The notes below the pieces were generated by a model. That model ran no database searches and was not told the DNA's origin. It saw only the letters and a list, made by a program, of their open reading frames with translations. DNA of 64,000 nucleotides from an uncultured Bacilli bacterium (lineage in GTDB: Bacteria; Bacillota_I; Bacilli_A; ML615J-28; CAG-698), in assembly GCA_947627195.1 (NCBI GenBank), contig CANQVC010000001.1:28618-92617 (forward strand). The letters run 5' to 3'. Made by a program: the position numbers and the translations under genes. Shown piece by piece: positions 10,818 through 19,752 of the stretch; within the stretch, counting starts at the first letter, position 1; each line of letters begins with the position of its first letter.

Positions 10818-12686
10818 ATGCATATATTAACTATCTTATTTGCGGAACTTAAAATTAATAATGCTGGTGCTGTAGTATTATCTATATTAGCATTCTTTGC
10901 TATTCTAGTTGGATTATATTTTTTATGCCGAAGTGTTATTAAAGAATTTAAACGCATAAGAGATGAAAAAATCAACTTAATCGAAGGATTAGAAAGTAAG
11001 AATGATTTATTATCTGACATTGATTATTACATAAGTAAAATGTCAACTTCTGGCTCCTTTACTTTAATGTTAATTGAACTTACTTCATATGGCGATGTTA
11101 TTAGTGCATTTGGAGAACGTTCAGCTGTCACAGTATTAACAAAAGCAGCTCACAAAATTCAAAGTGTTTTACCTAAAGGCTGTCAAATGACAAGATATAA
11201 AGAAAATCAATTTTTGATTTTCTATAAAAATGTCATGGATAAAGATATTGTTACTGAAAAAGCTGAATTAATAATGGAAGCAATGCAAGATAATATCAAA
11301 GTTATGGGAAATGCCAATGTACGTTTAATTGGTAATATGGGTATAACATTTTATCCAATTCATGCAAGAAGTACTAAAGAATTATTAAAGAATTTAAATC
11401 TTGCTTTATATTTAGCTCGTAAAAATGGTAATAATCAATTCTTAATATATTCTAATGATAATCAAAAAGAAGTTGATAATCTTGCTTATTATCAACAAAT
11501 CAATGAAGGTATTAAACAAAAAGAATTCTGTTTGTTTTATCAACCAATTGTTGATATGAATAGTAATGAAGTAATTGCTTTAGAAGGATTACTTAGATGG
11601 AATCATCCAACATTAGGCGTTGTTCCTCCATATAAATTTATTAATATCATGGAACAATCTGGTGATATTATTTGGGTTGGTAACTGGGGCTTTGAATCTT
11701 TAGTTAAAGAATATTTTGAAGTAACTAAAGAATGTCCAGATAAAAAGATTATGTTTACATTAAATCTTTCACCTAAACAATTAATTTATGAAAACTTAGT
11801 AAATGATTTTGCGAAAATAGTTCGTAAATATAAAATTAATACTAGTGACTTTTGTTTTGAAGTAAATGAAATTACTTTATATGGAAAAGATCCTGTTCTA
11901 ACAAAAAATCTTGATAAATTAAATGAATTAGGTTTTAAAATAGCTATTGATGGATATGGTGTTGATTATGGTATGATGATGACTAAATCAACAAATCAAG
12001 CACCAATTAATTATATTAAGTTAGATAGAGACTTTGTTGAACAAATAAGTGACCCAATAAATCAAAAAATGTTAGATATGTTACTTGTTTATTCTGAAGA
12101 AAGACAAGTTACAATTATTGCACAAGGAATTGAAACCCAAGAAAATGTTAATGCCTTAAAAGAACATAAAATTTATTATGGACAAGGATATTTCTATTCA
12201 ATGCCATTGGATGCGGAAGATTCTATTGCTTATATTAATCACGAACAACGTAGATTTAATTCTGGTGATGGATCACAACATATTTCAGTAGAAGAATTAG
12301 ATGAAAAATTCAAAACTAATGAAAATAAACAAGAAGAACTAAAACAAGAAGATAAAACTAAAGTAGAACCTACTAAAGAAGATAAAGTTCCAAAAGAAAA
12401 TAAACAAGAGGAACCAAAACAAGAAGAAAAACCTAAAGTAGATCCTACTAAGGAAAATGAAGTTCCAAAAGAAAATAAGCAAGAAGAACTAAAACAAGAA
12501 GATAACCCTAAAGTAGAATCTACTAAGGAAAATGAAGTTCCAAAAGAAAATAAGCAAGAGGAATCAAAACAAGAAGAAAAACCTAAAGTAGAACCTACTA
12601 AAGAAAGTAAACCTAGGGATAAAAAATCTAAAGTAGTAAACAAAGACAACAAAGATTCTACTTCAGGAAAGAATAACAAAAAATAG
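10818..12686 (+). CDS. Single-TM protein with degenerate GGDEF and degenerate EAL plus a K/E/P-rich repeat tail (candidate c-di-GMP receptor rather than enzyme)
   Basis: RBS AAGGAG. The GGDEF position is YKENQF. EAL motifs are altered: EGL for EAL, IDGYGVDYG for DDFGTGYSS, QGIE for EGVE. The C-terminus carries four 25-aa repeats. Confidence 0.8.
   Translation: MHILTILFAELKINNAGAVVLSILAFFAILVGLYFLCRSVIKEFKRIRDEKINLIEGLESKNDLLSDIDYYISKMSTSGSFTLMLIELTSYGDVISAFGERSAVTVLTKAAHKIQSVLPKGCQMTRYKENQFLIFYKNVMDKDIVTEKAELIMEAMQDNIKVMGNANVRLIGNMGITFYPIHARSTKELLKNLNLALYLARKNGNNQFLIYSNDNQKEVDNLAYYQQINEGIKQKEFCLFYQPIVDMNSNEVIALEGLLRWNHPTLGVVPPYKFINIMEQSGDIIWVGNWGFESLVKEYFEVTKECPDKKIMFTLNLSPKQLIYENLVNDFAKIVRKYKINTSDFCFEVNEITLYGKDPVLTKNLDKLNELGFKIAIDGYGVDYGMMMTKSTNQAPINYIKLDRDFVEQISDPINQKMLDMLLVYSEERQVTIIAQGIETQENVNALKEHKIYYGQGYFYSMPLDAEDSIAYINHEQRRFNSGDGSQHISVEELDEKFKTNENKQEELKQEDKTKVEPTKEDKVPKENKQEEPKQEEKPKVDPTKENEVPKENKQEELKQEDNPKVESTKENEVPKENKQEESKQEEKPKVEPTKESKPRDKKSKVVNKDNKDSTSGKNNKK
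12318..12614 (+). repeat. In-frame tandem repeat, four 75-nt units encoding KENKQEE(L/P/S)KQE(D/E)xxKVExTKExxVP
   Basis: Units start at 12318, 12393, 12468 and 12543. They are near-identical at both the DNA and protein level. Confidence 0.9.
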
Positions 12687-12695
12687 TAATACATA

Positions 12696-12730
12696 AAAGG
12701 ATTGATTCATTATTGGATCATCCTTTTTAT
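12696..12730 (+). terminator. Rho-independent terminator after the GGDEF*/EAL* gene
   Basis: Hairpin aaggattgat...atcatcctt followed by ttttt. Confidence 0.6.
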
Positions 12731-12847
12731 TATCTAAATATACATAATTTACTCGTATAAAACAGTTTTCATCATCAAATAATAAATAAAAAATAAAATC
12801 AAGTTATAGTACAGATTATGAAATTTTAAAAAAATATGGATTACTTC

Positions 12848-12876
12848 TTGACAGAAAATGCAAAATAATATAAAAT
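12848..12876 (+). promoter_or_regulatory. Sigma-A-type promoter
   Basis: TTGACA, 17 nt spacer, TAAAAT, about 75 nt upstream of the GTG start at 12954. Confidence 0.55.
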
Positions 12877-12953
12877 ATTGTCATAGGTTTTATTGAACAA
12901 ATAAATTAAAAAAGCATGTATCAACAAAATTACATCGTATTGGGGGCTTTGGT

Positions 12954-14084
12954 GTGGAAATACTGAATAATATATTGTGGATACTCGTATTAATCGAAAT
13001 GATTTTCATTCATTGCTTTATGGTTGATTTATTTTTTGAAAGAAAAATGGCAAAATGGAAAGTAACATTAGTTTGCTTAGTAGTTGGTGTTGTATTACTA
13101 ACTGTATCATTTTTGTTAATTCCAGATATGTCTGAAAATATTAATCTAGCGGGATGCTATATTTTATTAGGTGTAATATTTTTAATTCCATTAGGTTTAT
13201 GCTATAAAGTATCTATAAAGAAGTTAATATTAGTTTCACTAATTGTATGGATATATATTTCATTAGGATTATTCCTAGGAATATTTGTTTCATTTTTCTT
13301 TAATGATTATCATGTTTTAATAACATTCATTGTCCAAACATCATGTCATGTTTTATATTTAATTTTATTTAGAAAATTCATTTATAATATATTTATTCGA
13401 ATATTTGAAGAAATGGATAGTCAAGTAGAATTAAAATTCTTAATTACATCATTTATTACTTATGCAACATTAATTGCTGGAAGCTATGCTCTAATATTTA
13501 ATGATTATGATTGGATAAAATTATGCTTTGTTGTATTATTTGGTGTTGATGTTTCCATGTATTTTTCTATTATAATCAATTTAATTGATGTAACACAATC
13601 AAGAAAAACAATGCGTACAATGGTTTATATAGATGGAATTACTAAATTACCAAATCGTAATGCATTCATTGCTGATTTCAATGAAAAAGTAGAAAAGAAT
13701 GATAAATTTTGTATTGTATTCATTGATTTAGATAGATTTAAATCAATTAATGATGAACATGGACATAATGCAGGAAATAGATATTTAAAATTCTTTGCTG
13801 ATTATGTTAAAGAATATTTCCCTGAAGATTTCTTTTATCGAATCTATGGAGATGAATTCTTATTATTATCAAATGATGAAAAGTTTGAAATTGAACAAAA
13901 AATGAAACATTGTCAAAAAGCAATTAAAAAAGAAAAATTCTTAAATGGTATGTTTTTAGGATTTTCATTTGGAACTGTAAGTTATCCAGATGATGGCGTA
14001 AGTCGTGAAGAATTGGTAATGAAAGCTGATCAAAAGATGTATTCAGAAAAACAAGGTAAAACTGAAAATCGAATATTTGATTAA
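12954..14084 (+). CDS. Polytopic membrane protein with a C-terminal GGDEF domain (YGDEF variant; putative diguanylate cyclase)
   Basis: GTG start 6 nt after TGGGGG. The first ~200 aa contain about 6-7 hydrophobic segments. The GGDEF domain reads FIDLDRFKSINDEHGHNAGN...RIYGDEFLLL. There is no RxxD I-site. Confidence 0.8.
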   Translation: MEILNNILWILVLIEMIFIHCFMVDLFFERKMAKWKVTLVCLVVGVVLLTVSFLLIPDMSENINLAGCYILLGVIFLIPLGLCYKVSIKKLILVSLIVWIYISLGLFLGIFVSFFFNDYHVLITFIVQTSCHVLYLILFRKFIYNIFIRIFEEMDSQVELKFLITSFITYATLIAGSYALIFNDYDWIKLCFVVLFGVDVSMYFSIIINLIDVTQSRKTMRTMVYIDGITKLPNRNAFIADFNEKVEKNDKFCIVFIDLDRFKSINDEHGHNAGNRYLKFFADYVKEYFPEDFFYRIYGDEFLLLSNDEKFEIEQKMKHCQKAIKKEKFLNGMFLGFSFGTVSYPDDGVSREELVMKADQKMYSEKQGKTENRIFD

Positions 14085-14098
14085 AAATAAGAATGACA

Positions 14099-14124
14099 TA
14101 AAGGGCAATATATGCCCTTTTTTA
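14099..14124 (+). terminator. Rho-independent terminator
   Basis: aagggca-atata-tgccctt followed by tttt. Confidence 0.75.
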
Positions 14125-14264
14125 ATATAAAAATATAACAAAATAAATTATTTTATTATATAAAAATTTCCTATTATAAAATATATTTTAAGAAAATATT
14201 TCCTTATTTCTTACTAACAATTTTTTCCTATATTAATTTTTATTTCAATTTTAAGTTCATTTAT

Positions 14265-14293
14265 TTGACATAAATTTCAAAATGTGATAAAAT
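14265..14293 (+). promoter_or_regulatory. Sigma-A-type promoter with extended -10
   Basis: TTGACA, 17 nt spacer (ending tga, giving TG-n), TAAAAT, about 80 nt upstream of 14373. Confidence 0.55.
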
Positions 14294-14372
14294 TCATATA
14301 TAAAATGGGTTATTATATATTTTTTATTATAAACTGACAAAATTTACCTAAAACTTTGGAGGATATAATATC

Positions 14373-16160
14373 ATGCATAAAAATTTGCTCATTCTCTTTT
14401 CTTTTTTACTCATTTCCTGTTTTTTAATAGGATGTGATCATACTAATAACGATGATGTAATTACTTTAAAAATTGCAACTTCAATTGAAAAAGAAAAAGA
14501 AATTAAAACAGTTGTTTCGCAATTTAACTCATCACAAGAACAATATAATATAGAATTAGATGTTTCTAAAAGTGATGATAAATTATATTATTATTTAAGA
14601 AACGATGCAATTGACGCTGATATGGTTACATTTGATAATTTAAATGATGCTAATCTTTATCAAAAACAATTACAACCATTAAATCAATTTGAAGCAGTTG
14701 CAAAATATCAAAGTACAATTATAAATTATATAAAAACTGAAGATGACATATTAAATGCTATTCCTGCTCCAGGTCATTTTTATACTCAATGTTACAATAA
14801 AGATTTATTTGAACAACACAATTTCAATTATCCCGAAACAATTTCTGATTTAATCAATTTAGCAAGAAGAATGCAAGATTATCAAGGATCTTGTATTACT
14901 TATGGTGATATTGATATGTATATGAACATTTTAATGGAAATTGCTATTCCAACATTCGTCGCTTCCACAAAAGGTGTCACATTTATGAAAGATTTTTATG
15001 TTGGCAATACTAGTATTGAAGAAAGCCCATATTTAAGTGAATGGCAAACAATATTTTTAGAATATCTTTCTTTATTTCGTTATGAATATTATAAAACATC
15101 ATTTGAAGGATATAGTATTGAAGATGCTAGTAATATATTCTTTAATGGAAAATATCATTCAATATTAAATACTCCTGAATTTGATGCTGATTATGAATAT
15201 AATCAAAGAGACCCTAATTTTGAATGTGTTTTATATCCATTTGTTGGTAGAACTGCTAATCAAAAATGGGTTGCTTCTAAACCATTATATTATATTGGTA
15301 TTCAAAAAAAAGCTATCCAAAATGAAGATCATTTAAATGGAATTGAAGCATTTTTAGAATATTATGTATCAGAAGAAGGACAAATGGCAGCCTTATCTGA
15401 TGAAAATGGTAATACTAGAAATAATTGCGTATCATATGTGAAAGACATTCCAATTGTTTTAAATGAATTTCATCAACCATTAGAAGAAGCCTTACGTACA
15501 GGCAAAGTATGTTTAGTTGATACATTTGAAAGTATTTTTTCTTTAGTAAGTAATCATTTAAAAGAATATGTCAATGATGAATTAAGTATGAATGATTTAA
15601 TTAGAACAATTGATTTAGAAATAAAAGAACATTCTAAAGAAGAAAAAGCTGATTATAATGTCACATCATCATTTGATTATCCAGAAAAAACAATAACATC
15701 AGAAACTAGAATTGGCAATTATATTATTGATGCCGTTCGTTTACAAACAAATGTCAATGCTGCAATATTACCTAGTAATATTATTGATGGCAATTTATTT
15801 AGTGGTAATCTATATGAAAGTGATTTACCAATCCTATTCAATGATACAACATGTTATGCTGTCCAAATAAGAGGATCAGGATTAAAGAAAATAGTTTTTT
15901 CAATGTCTAATGAGAACTTCTTATTAATATCTGGAATTAGAATTCATCGTGATTCATCTGATTTATATTTCTTAAACAATCAAAAGATAAGAGATGATCA
16001 ATTAGTTTATATTTTAATCCCTGAAATATATTTAGATGAATATCAAGATGATATTGTTGCCCTTGGAAAAAGTTTTTCCATAATTAATTTATTACAAGAA
16101 TATTTTAAAACAGAAAATAAAATAACTCCACCAAAAAAAGATGGTAGATATGGAGAATAA
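14373..16160 (+). CDS. Lipoprotein: family-1 solute-binding-protein-like N-domain fused to a 5'-nucleotidase C-terminal-like (nucleotide-binding) domain
   Basis: Signal peptide with lipobox LIGC. The N-part has a sugar-type SBP pattern. The C-part RIGNYIIDAVRLQTNVNAAILPSNIIDGNLFSGNLYESDLPILFNDTTCYAVQIRGSGLKKIV matches the 5'-nucleotidase_C signature (lGNliaDA...G.it..dl..vlPF.n.l....l.G..lk). No metallophosphoesterase domain is present and no ABC permease or ATPase gene is nearby. Confidence 0.7.
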   Translation: MHKNLLILFSFLLISCFLIGCDHTNNDDVITLKIATSIEKEKEIKTVVSQFNSSQEQYNIELDVSKSDDKLYYYLRNDAIDADMVTFDNLNDANLYQKQLQPLNQFEAVAKYQSTIINYIKTEDDILNAIPAPGHFYTQCYNKDLFEQHNFNYPETISDLINLARRMQDYQGSCITYGDIDMYMNILMEIAIPTFVASTKGVTFMKDFYVGNTSIEESPYLSEWQTIFLEYLSLFRYEYYKTSFEGYSIEDASNIFFNGKYHSILNTPEFDADYEYNQRDPNFECVLYPFVGRTANQKWVASKPLYYIGIQKKAIQNEDHLNGIEAFLEYYVSEEGQMAALSDENGNTRNNCVSYVKDIPIVLNEFHQPLEEALRTGKVCLVDTFESIFSLVSNHLKEYVNDELSMNDLIRTIDLEIKEHSKEEKADYNVTSSFDYPEKTITSETRIGNYIIDAVRLQTNVNAAILPSNIIDGNLFSGNLYESDLPILFNDTTCYAVQIRGSGLKKIVFSMSNENFLLISGIRIHRDSSDLYFLNNQKIRDDQLVYILIPEIYLDEYQDDIVALGKSFSIINLLQEYFKTENKITPPKKDGRYGE

Positions 16161-16162
16161 AT

Positions 16163-19100
16163 ATGGAGAAAAATATGAAAATAAAAATTAATAAAATTAA
16201 TTTATTTATATTATTATTAGCTTTTAGCTGTTTATTTTTAATTTCCGGATGTAAAACAGAAGAAAAAATAAAAAATACCCCAGTTGTAGTTGATTTTGAA
16301 GTTCGAGGTATTAAAGAAAAATATTCGCAAAATGAAATTGTTGACGTAGGACAATGGAAAATAATTTTACATTTATCAGATGAATCAACCACAACAATTG
16401 ATGCATTTGATCCTAATCTAACAATAGGTGAAGTTAATACTGATGAAATTGGTGAAAAAACATTTAGTATCATCTATTCATTAAGTGATGGACAAACAAT
16501 TGAAAAAAGTTACACATATGAAGTAATTCAAATTGTTGTTACCCTTGATTTTAATGGCGGAACATATGATGATAAATCATCAACAGAACTAGTTGCAACT
16601 GCAATGCAAGTAGATGTAAGTCAAATAATACCAACTAAATTAGATGAATTTGGTACACCTTTAAAATTTTCTGGTTGGTTTTATGATCAAGCATTAACAA
16701 CTCGTGTTAATTATGTAGCTGATGGCTTTATATCTACATCTGAAAGTATAACAATATATGCGGGATATGATGTTGATTATACTAATATATTTGAATATGA
16801 AATTCGTGATGATAATACTGTTGAAATATTAGGAATCACTAATGATGGTATTCTTAACTTTATGATGGAACCAGAACTAGTAATTCCTGAAACAATTGAA
16901 TTATATCCTGTTACATCTATTGGTGATTTATTTATCTTTACAAGAGACCCATTAACAAATGAAAAAGATGAAACATTTAGTTGGACAGTATTTATCAATA
17001 TTGATACAATAGTTTTCCCTGAAAATAGTAAAGTTACTCATATTGGTAAAAGAGCATTTGAAGCAATGCAAATTTCTAGTGTTCAATTTCCTAATACATT
17101 AGAAACAATTGGTGAAGCTGCTTTTCGTTCCACAGCTTTAGCAGGAGATTTAGTTTTACCAGCATCATTAAAAACAATTGGTGATTATGCATTCCAATAT
17201 GTATCAGGAGCTTTAGAAAATATTTCTTTTGCTAGTGGTAGTGAATTAAAACACATTGGACGTTATGCTTTTGCTTCATGTAGTACAGTAGTATCAATTA
17301 CCTTACCTAATTCATTAGAAGAAATTATGTCAAATGCCTTTGATGGCTGTACACAAATTGAAACAATTACTATTCCAAGTAATGTTCATTCAATTGGTTT
17401 ATATGCATTTAAATCAATGAGAAGCTTAAAAGAAATTAATGTTGATCCTAATAATGCCACATATAGTAGTTTAGATGGTGATCTATATTCAATTGATCAT
17501 AAAACAATTATTCGTTATTGTTATGGAAAACAAGAAGAAACATTTGTTTTACCAGAAACTGTGGAAATAATTGAAGAAGGAGCATTTAATATTTTTAATG
17601 ATATTACTTCTTTAAAAACAATAGTTTTAAATGAAGGATTAAAATATATTGGCTCTGATGCTTTTTCGGGATGTTCAATGACATTTAAACTTCCCTCAAC
17701 ATTAAATGAAATTGCTACCCAAGCATTTAATGGTTGGAATGGCGATTCATTTGAAATAGACCCTGCTAATCAAACATTTACTGTATATCAAGGTATTTTA
17801 TATAGTAAAGATATGAAAACATTATATGCTGTACCAAGAAACTTAAAAGATGTTACATCATTAGTATTAGATCCAAGAGTAGAACTTATTAAAAGTCATG
17901 CATTTTGTGGAAACACAACAATTCGTTATATAACAATTCCTGAAAATAGTAATTTAAATAAAATTGATGAATATGGATTAAATATTTATTCAATGTCAAG
18001 TTTAAAAGGAGTTTATATTTTCAAACAAACTCCATTTGAAGTAGTTAATGGTGCTTTTTATGAACAACATAACTTTGTGGCAAATAATGTAACAGTATTT
18101 GTCTTAGGTAATAATTTAAATAGTTATAAAGAGGCTTGGAAAAATTATCAAAACAATTCAGAAACAGTTGAAAATTATAATATTCAAGATAATATCGTTG
18201 ATTGTTTAAGTGCGAAAGAAAGATTATTAGATTATCTAAAAGAAACGACAAAATACATAAGTTATGAAACTTATAATAAAGGAGTAACACCTTATATTAA
18301 ACAAGATTTTGCTTCCATGAAATATACTTTCCAAGCAACTCTTGATTATTTAATATCATTATATCAAGAAGATGATATTAATAATGATGTATATAATTAT
18401 TTCAAATTATTTGAACAACAATTATATGAAATTGCTGCTGATTATTTCTTAGATACTTATAATAATTTACATTCTTTTGATAATTTAGATTTAAAATATT
18501 TAGCTGATATTGTTACAAGATACAATGAATGTCCAAAAATAATTCAAGATGCCATTAATGAAAATTATTTAAAATTAAAATCATTATATGATGAAATCAA
18601 TAATATTGAAGCTACTAGACAACAAATTATTAATGAACTTATTAATTTCCCATGTAGTGCTACGCAATTTGATGCGGAAAAATTTAATGAACTAAATCAA
18701 AGATTTATTGCCGCTAATATGGATGCTATTTCTTTACCAGAATCAGTATTTTATAAATATCAATTATTAGATGCCTCAAGTAAAATTGCTGAATTATTAG
18801 CTATTGAAACATTTTCTTTAGATAACAAAGTAAGAGCAAGAACATTAATTCAAGGTGATTTTACTAATATGGGAATTAATAGTATCTTAGAATCTTTCTT
18901 AAGAACAGATGAAAGTCGTAAAGACTTATATCGTTATCAAGATTATCTAACAAAAGCCATGCAATTTAGTGAATATGAAGCAAATGATATTGTTGCTATC
19001 CAAGAAGAAGTAGCATCATTTGATTTATCTAGTGAATGTCCAATAGAAACAATGGAAGAATTATTTAGAAAAATTGATTCGTTAACAAACATCTATGAAT

Positions 19101-19732
19101 TAGATAGTTTTGAATATAATTACATCGATAAAATATATGCGATTCATCTAAAACATGATATGTTATTTGTAATCAATAATGGCAATGAAATAACTGAAGA
19201 AAATAGTATTGATTTATATTTATCATGTATGAATGTGGAAATGTGGGTTATGATGTTGATGTATAGTGTTGATTATTCAACATTCCAAGAACAATTAGCT
19301 ACTGAATTTAGCCTATATGATGTTAAAAATCAAGAAATTACAACTTATATCAATGATCAATTATCATCTATTTATAGTGATATTGAAGATTTATCAACAT
19401 TTTCATCAACAAAATATTTAGAATTAGTTTCTAAAATAGAAAAATTAAATGGACATTATGAATTAATGGATTTTGAAGCTTATCATCAATATTTCATTTT
19501 AGGAATTTCTTATCAAATTGATCAATTATTAAATCAATATACATCAGTAACTAAAGATAATTATCAAGAAATTGATTATATCTTAAATGGTTATTATGAT
19601 AAAGAAAATGATGAAACAATTAATGGTATTGAATCATTAATTGCTCAATCAGGATTATATGAAGATTTATCAACATATATTTATCGTTATGATGAATATC
19701 TTGAATTCTTAAATTTATTCAATGAATTTTAA
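16163..19732 (+). CDS. Lipoprotein with a Listeria-Bacteroides repeat, BspA-type leucine-rich repeats and a ~550-aa helical C-terminal region
   Basis: Lipobox LISGC. VTLDFNGGTYDD...FSGWFYDQALTTRV is Flg_new-like. There are repeated IGxxAFxxCxxLxxIxIPxxVxxIGxxAF units. The start lies 2 nt after the upstream stop; an alternative ATG is at 16175. Confidence 0.8.
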   Translation: MEKNMKIKINKINLFILLLAFSCLFLISGCKTEEKIKNTPVVVDFEVRGIKEKYSQNEIVDVGQWKIILHLSDESTTTIDAFDPNLTIGEVNTDEIGEKTFSIIYSLSDGQTIEKSYTYEVIQIVVTLDFNGGTYDDKSSTELVATAMQVDVSQIIPTKLDEFGTPLKFSGWFYDQALTTRVNYVADGFISTSESITIYAGYDVDYTNIFEYEIRDDNTVEILGITNDGILNFMMEPELVIPETIELYPVTSIGDLFIFTRDPLTNEKDETFSWTVFINIDTIVFPENSKVTHIGKRAFEAMQISSVQFPNTLETIGEAAFRSTALAGDLVLPASLKTIGDYAFQYVSGALENISFASGSELKHIGRYAFASCSTVVSITLPNSLEEIMSNAFDGCTQIETITIPSNVHSIGLYAFKSMRSLKEINVDPNNATYSSLDGDLYSIDHKTIIRYCYGKQEETFVLPETVEIIEEGAFNIFNDITSLKTIVLNEGLKYIGSDAFSGCSMTFKLPSTLNEIATQAFNGWNGDSFEIDPANQTFTVYQGILYSKDMKTLYAVPRNLKDVTSLVLDPRVELIKSHAFCGNTTIRYITIPENSNLNKIDEYGLNIYSMSSLKGVYIFKQTPFEVVNGAFYEQHNFVANNVTVFVLGNNLNSYKEAWKNYQNNSETVENYNIQDNIVDCLSAKERLLDYLKETTKYISYETYNKGVTPYIKQDFASMKYTFQATLDYLISLYQEDDINNDVYNYFKLFEQQLYEIAADYFLDTYNNLHSFDNLDLKYLADIVTRYNECPKIIQDAINENYLKLKSLYDEINNIEATRQQIINELINFPCSATQFDAEKFNELNQRFIAANMDAISLPESVFYKYQLLDASSKIAELLAIETFSLDNKVRARTLIQGDFTNMGINSILESFLRTDESRKDLYRYQDYLTKAMQFSEYEANDIVAIQEEVASFDLSSECPIETMEELFRKIDSLTNIYELDSFEYNYIDKIYAIHLKHDMLFVINNGNEITEENSIDLYLSCMNVEMWVMMLMYSVDYSTFQEQLATEFSLYDVKNQEITTYINDQLSSIYSDIEDLSTFSSTKYLELVSKIEKLNGHYELMDFEAYHQYFILGISYQIDQLLNQYTSVTKDNYQEIDYILNGYYDKENDETINGIESLIAQSGLYEDLSTYIYRYDEYLEFLNLFNEF

Positions 19733-19752
19733 AAACGAAAGAAGGGGTGCAT

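Noticed and set aside
12239-12694. 151-aa minus-strand ORF.
   Set aside because: It is the antisense image of the K/E repeat tail of 10818-12686. Its repetitive S/L/F-rich translation has no RBS or promoter.
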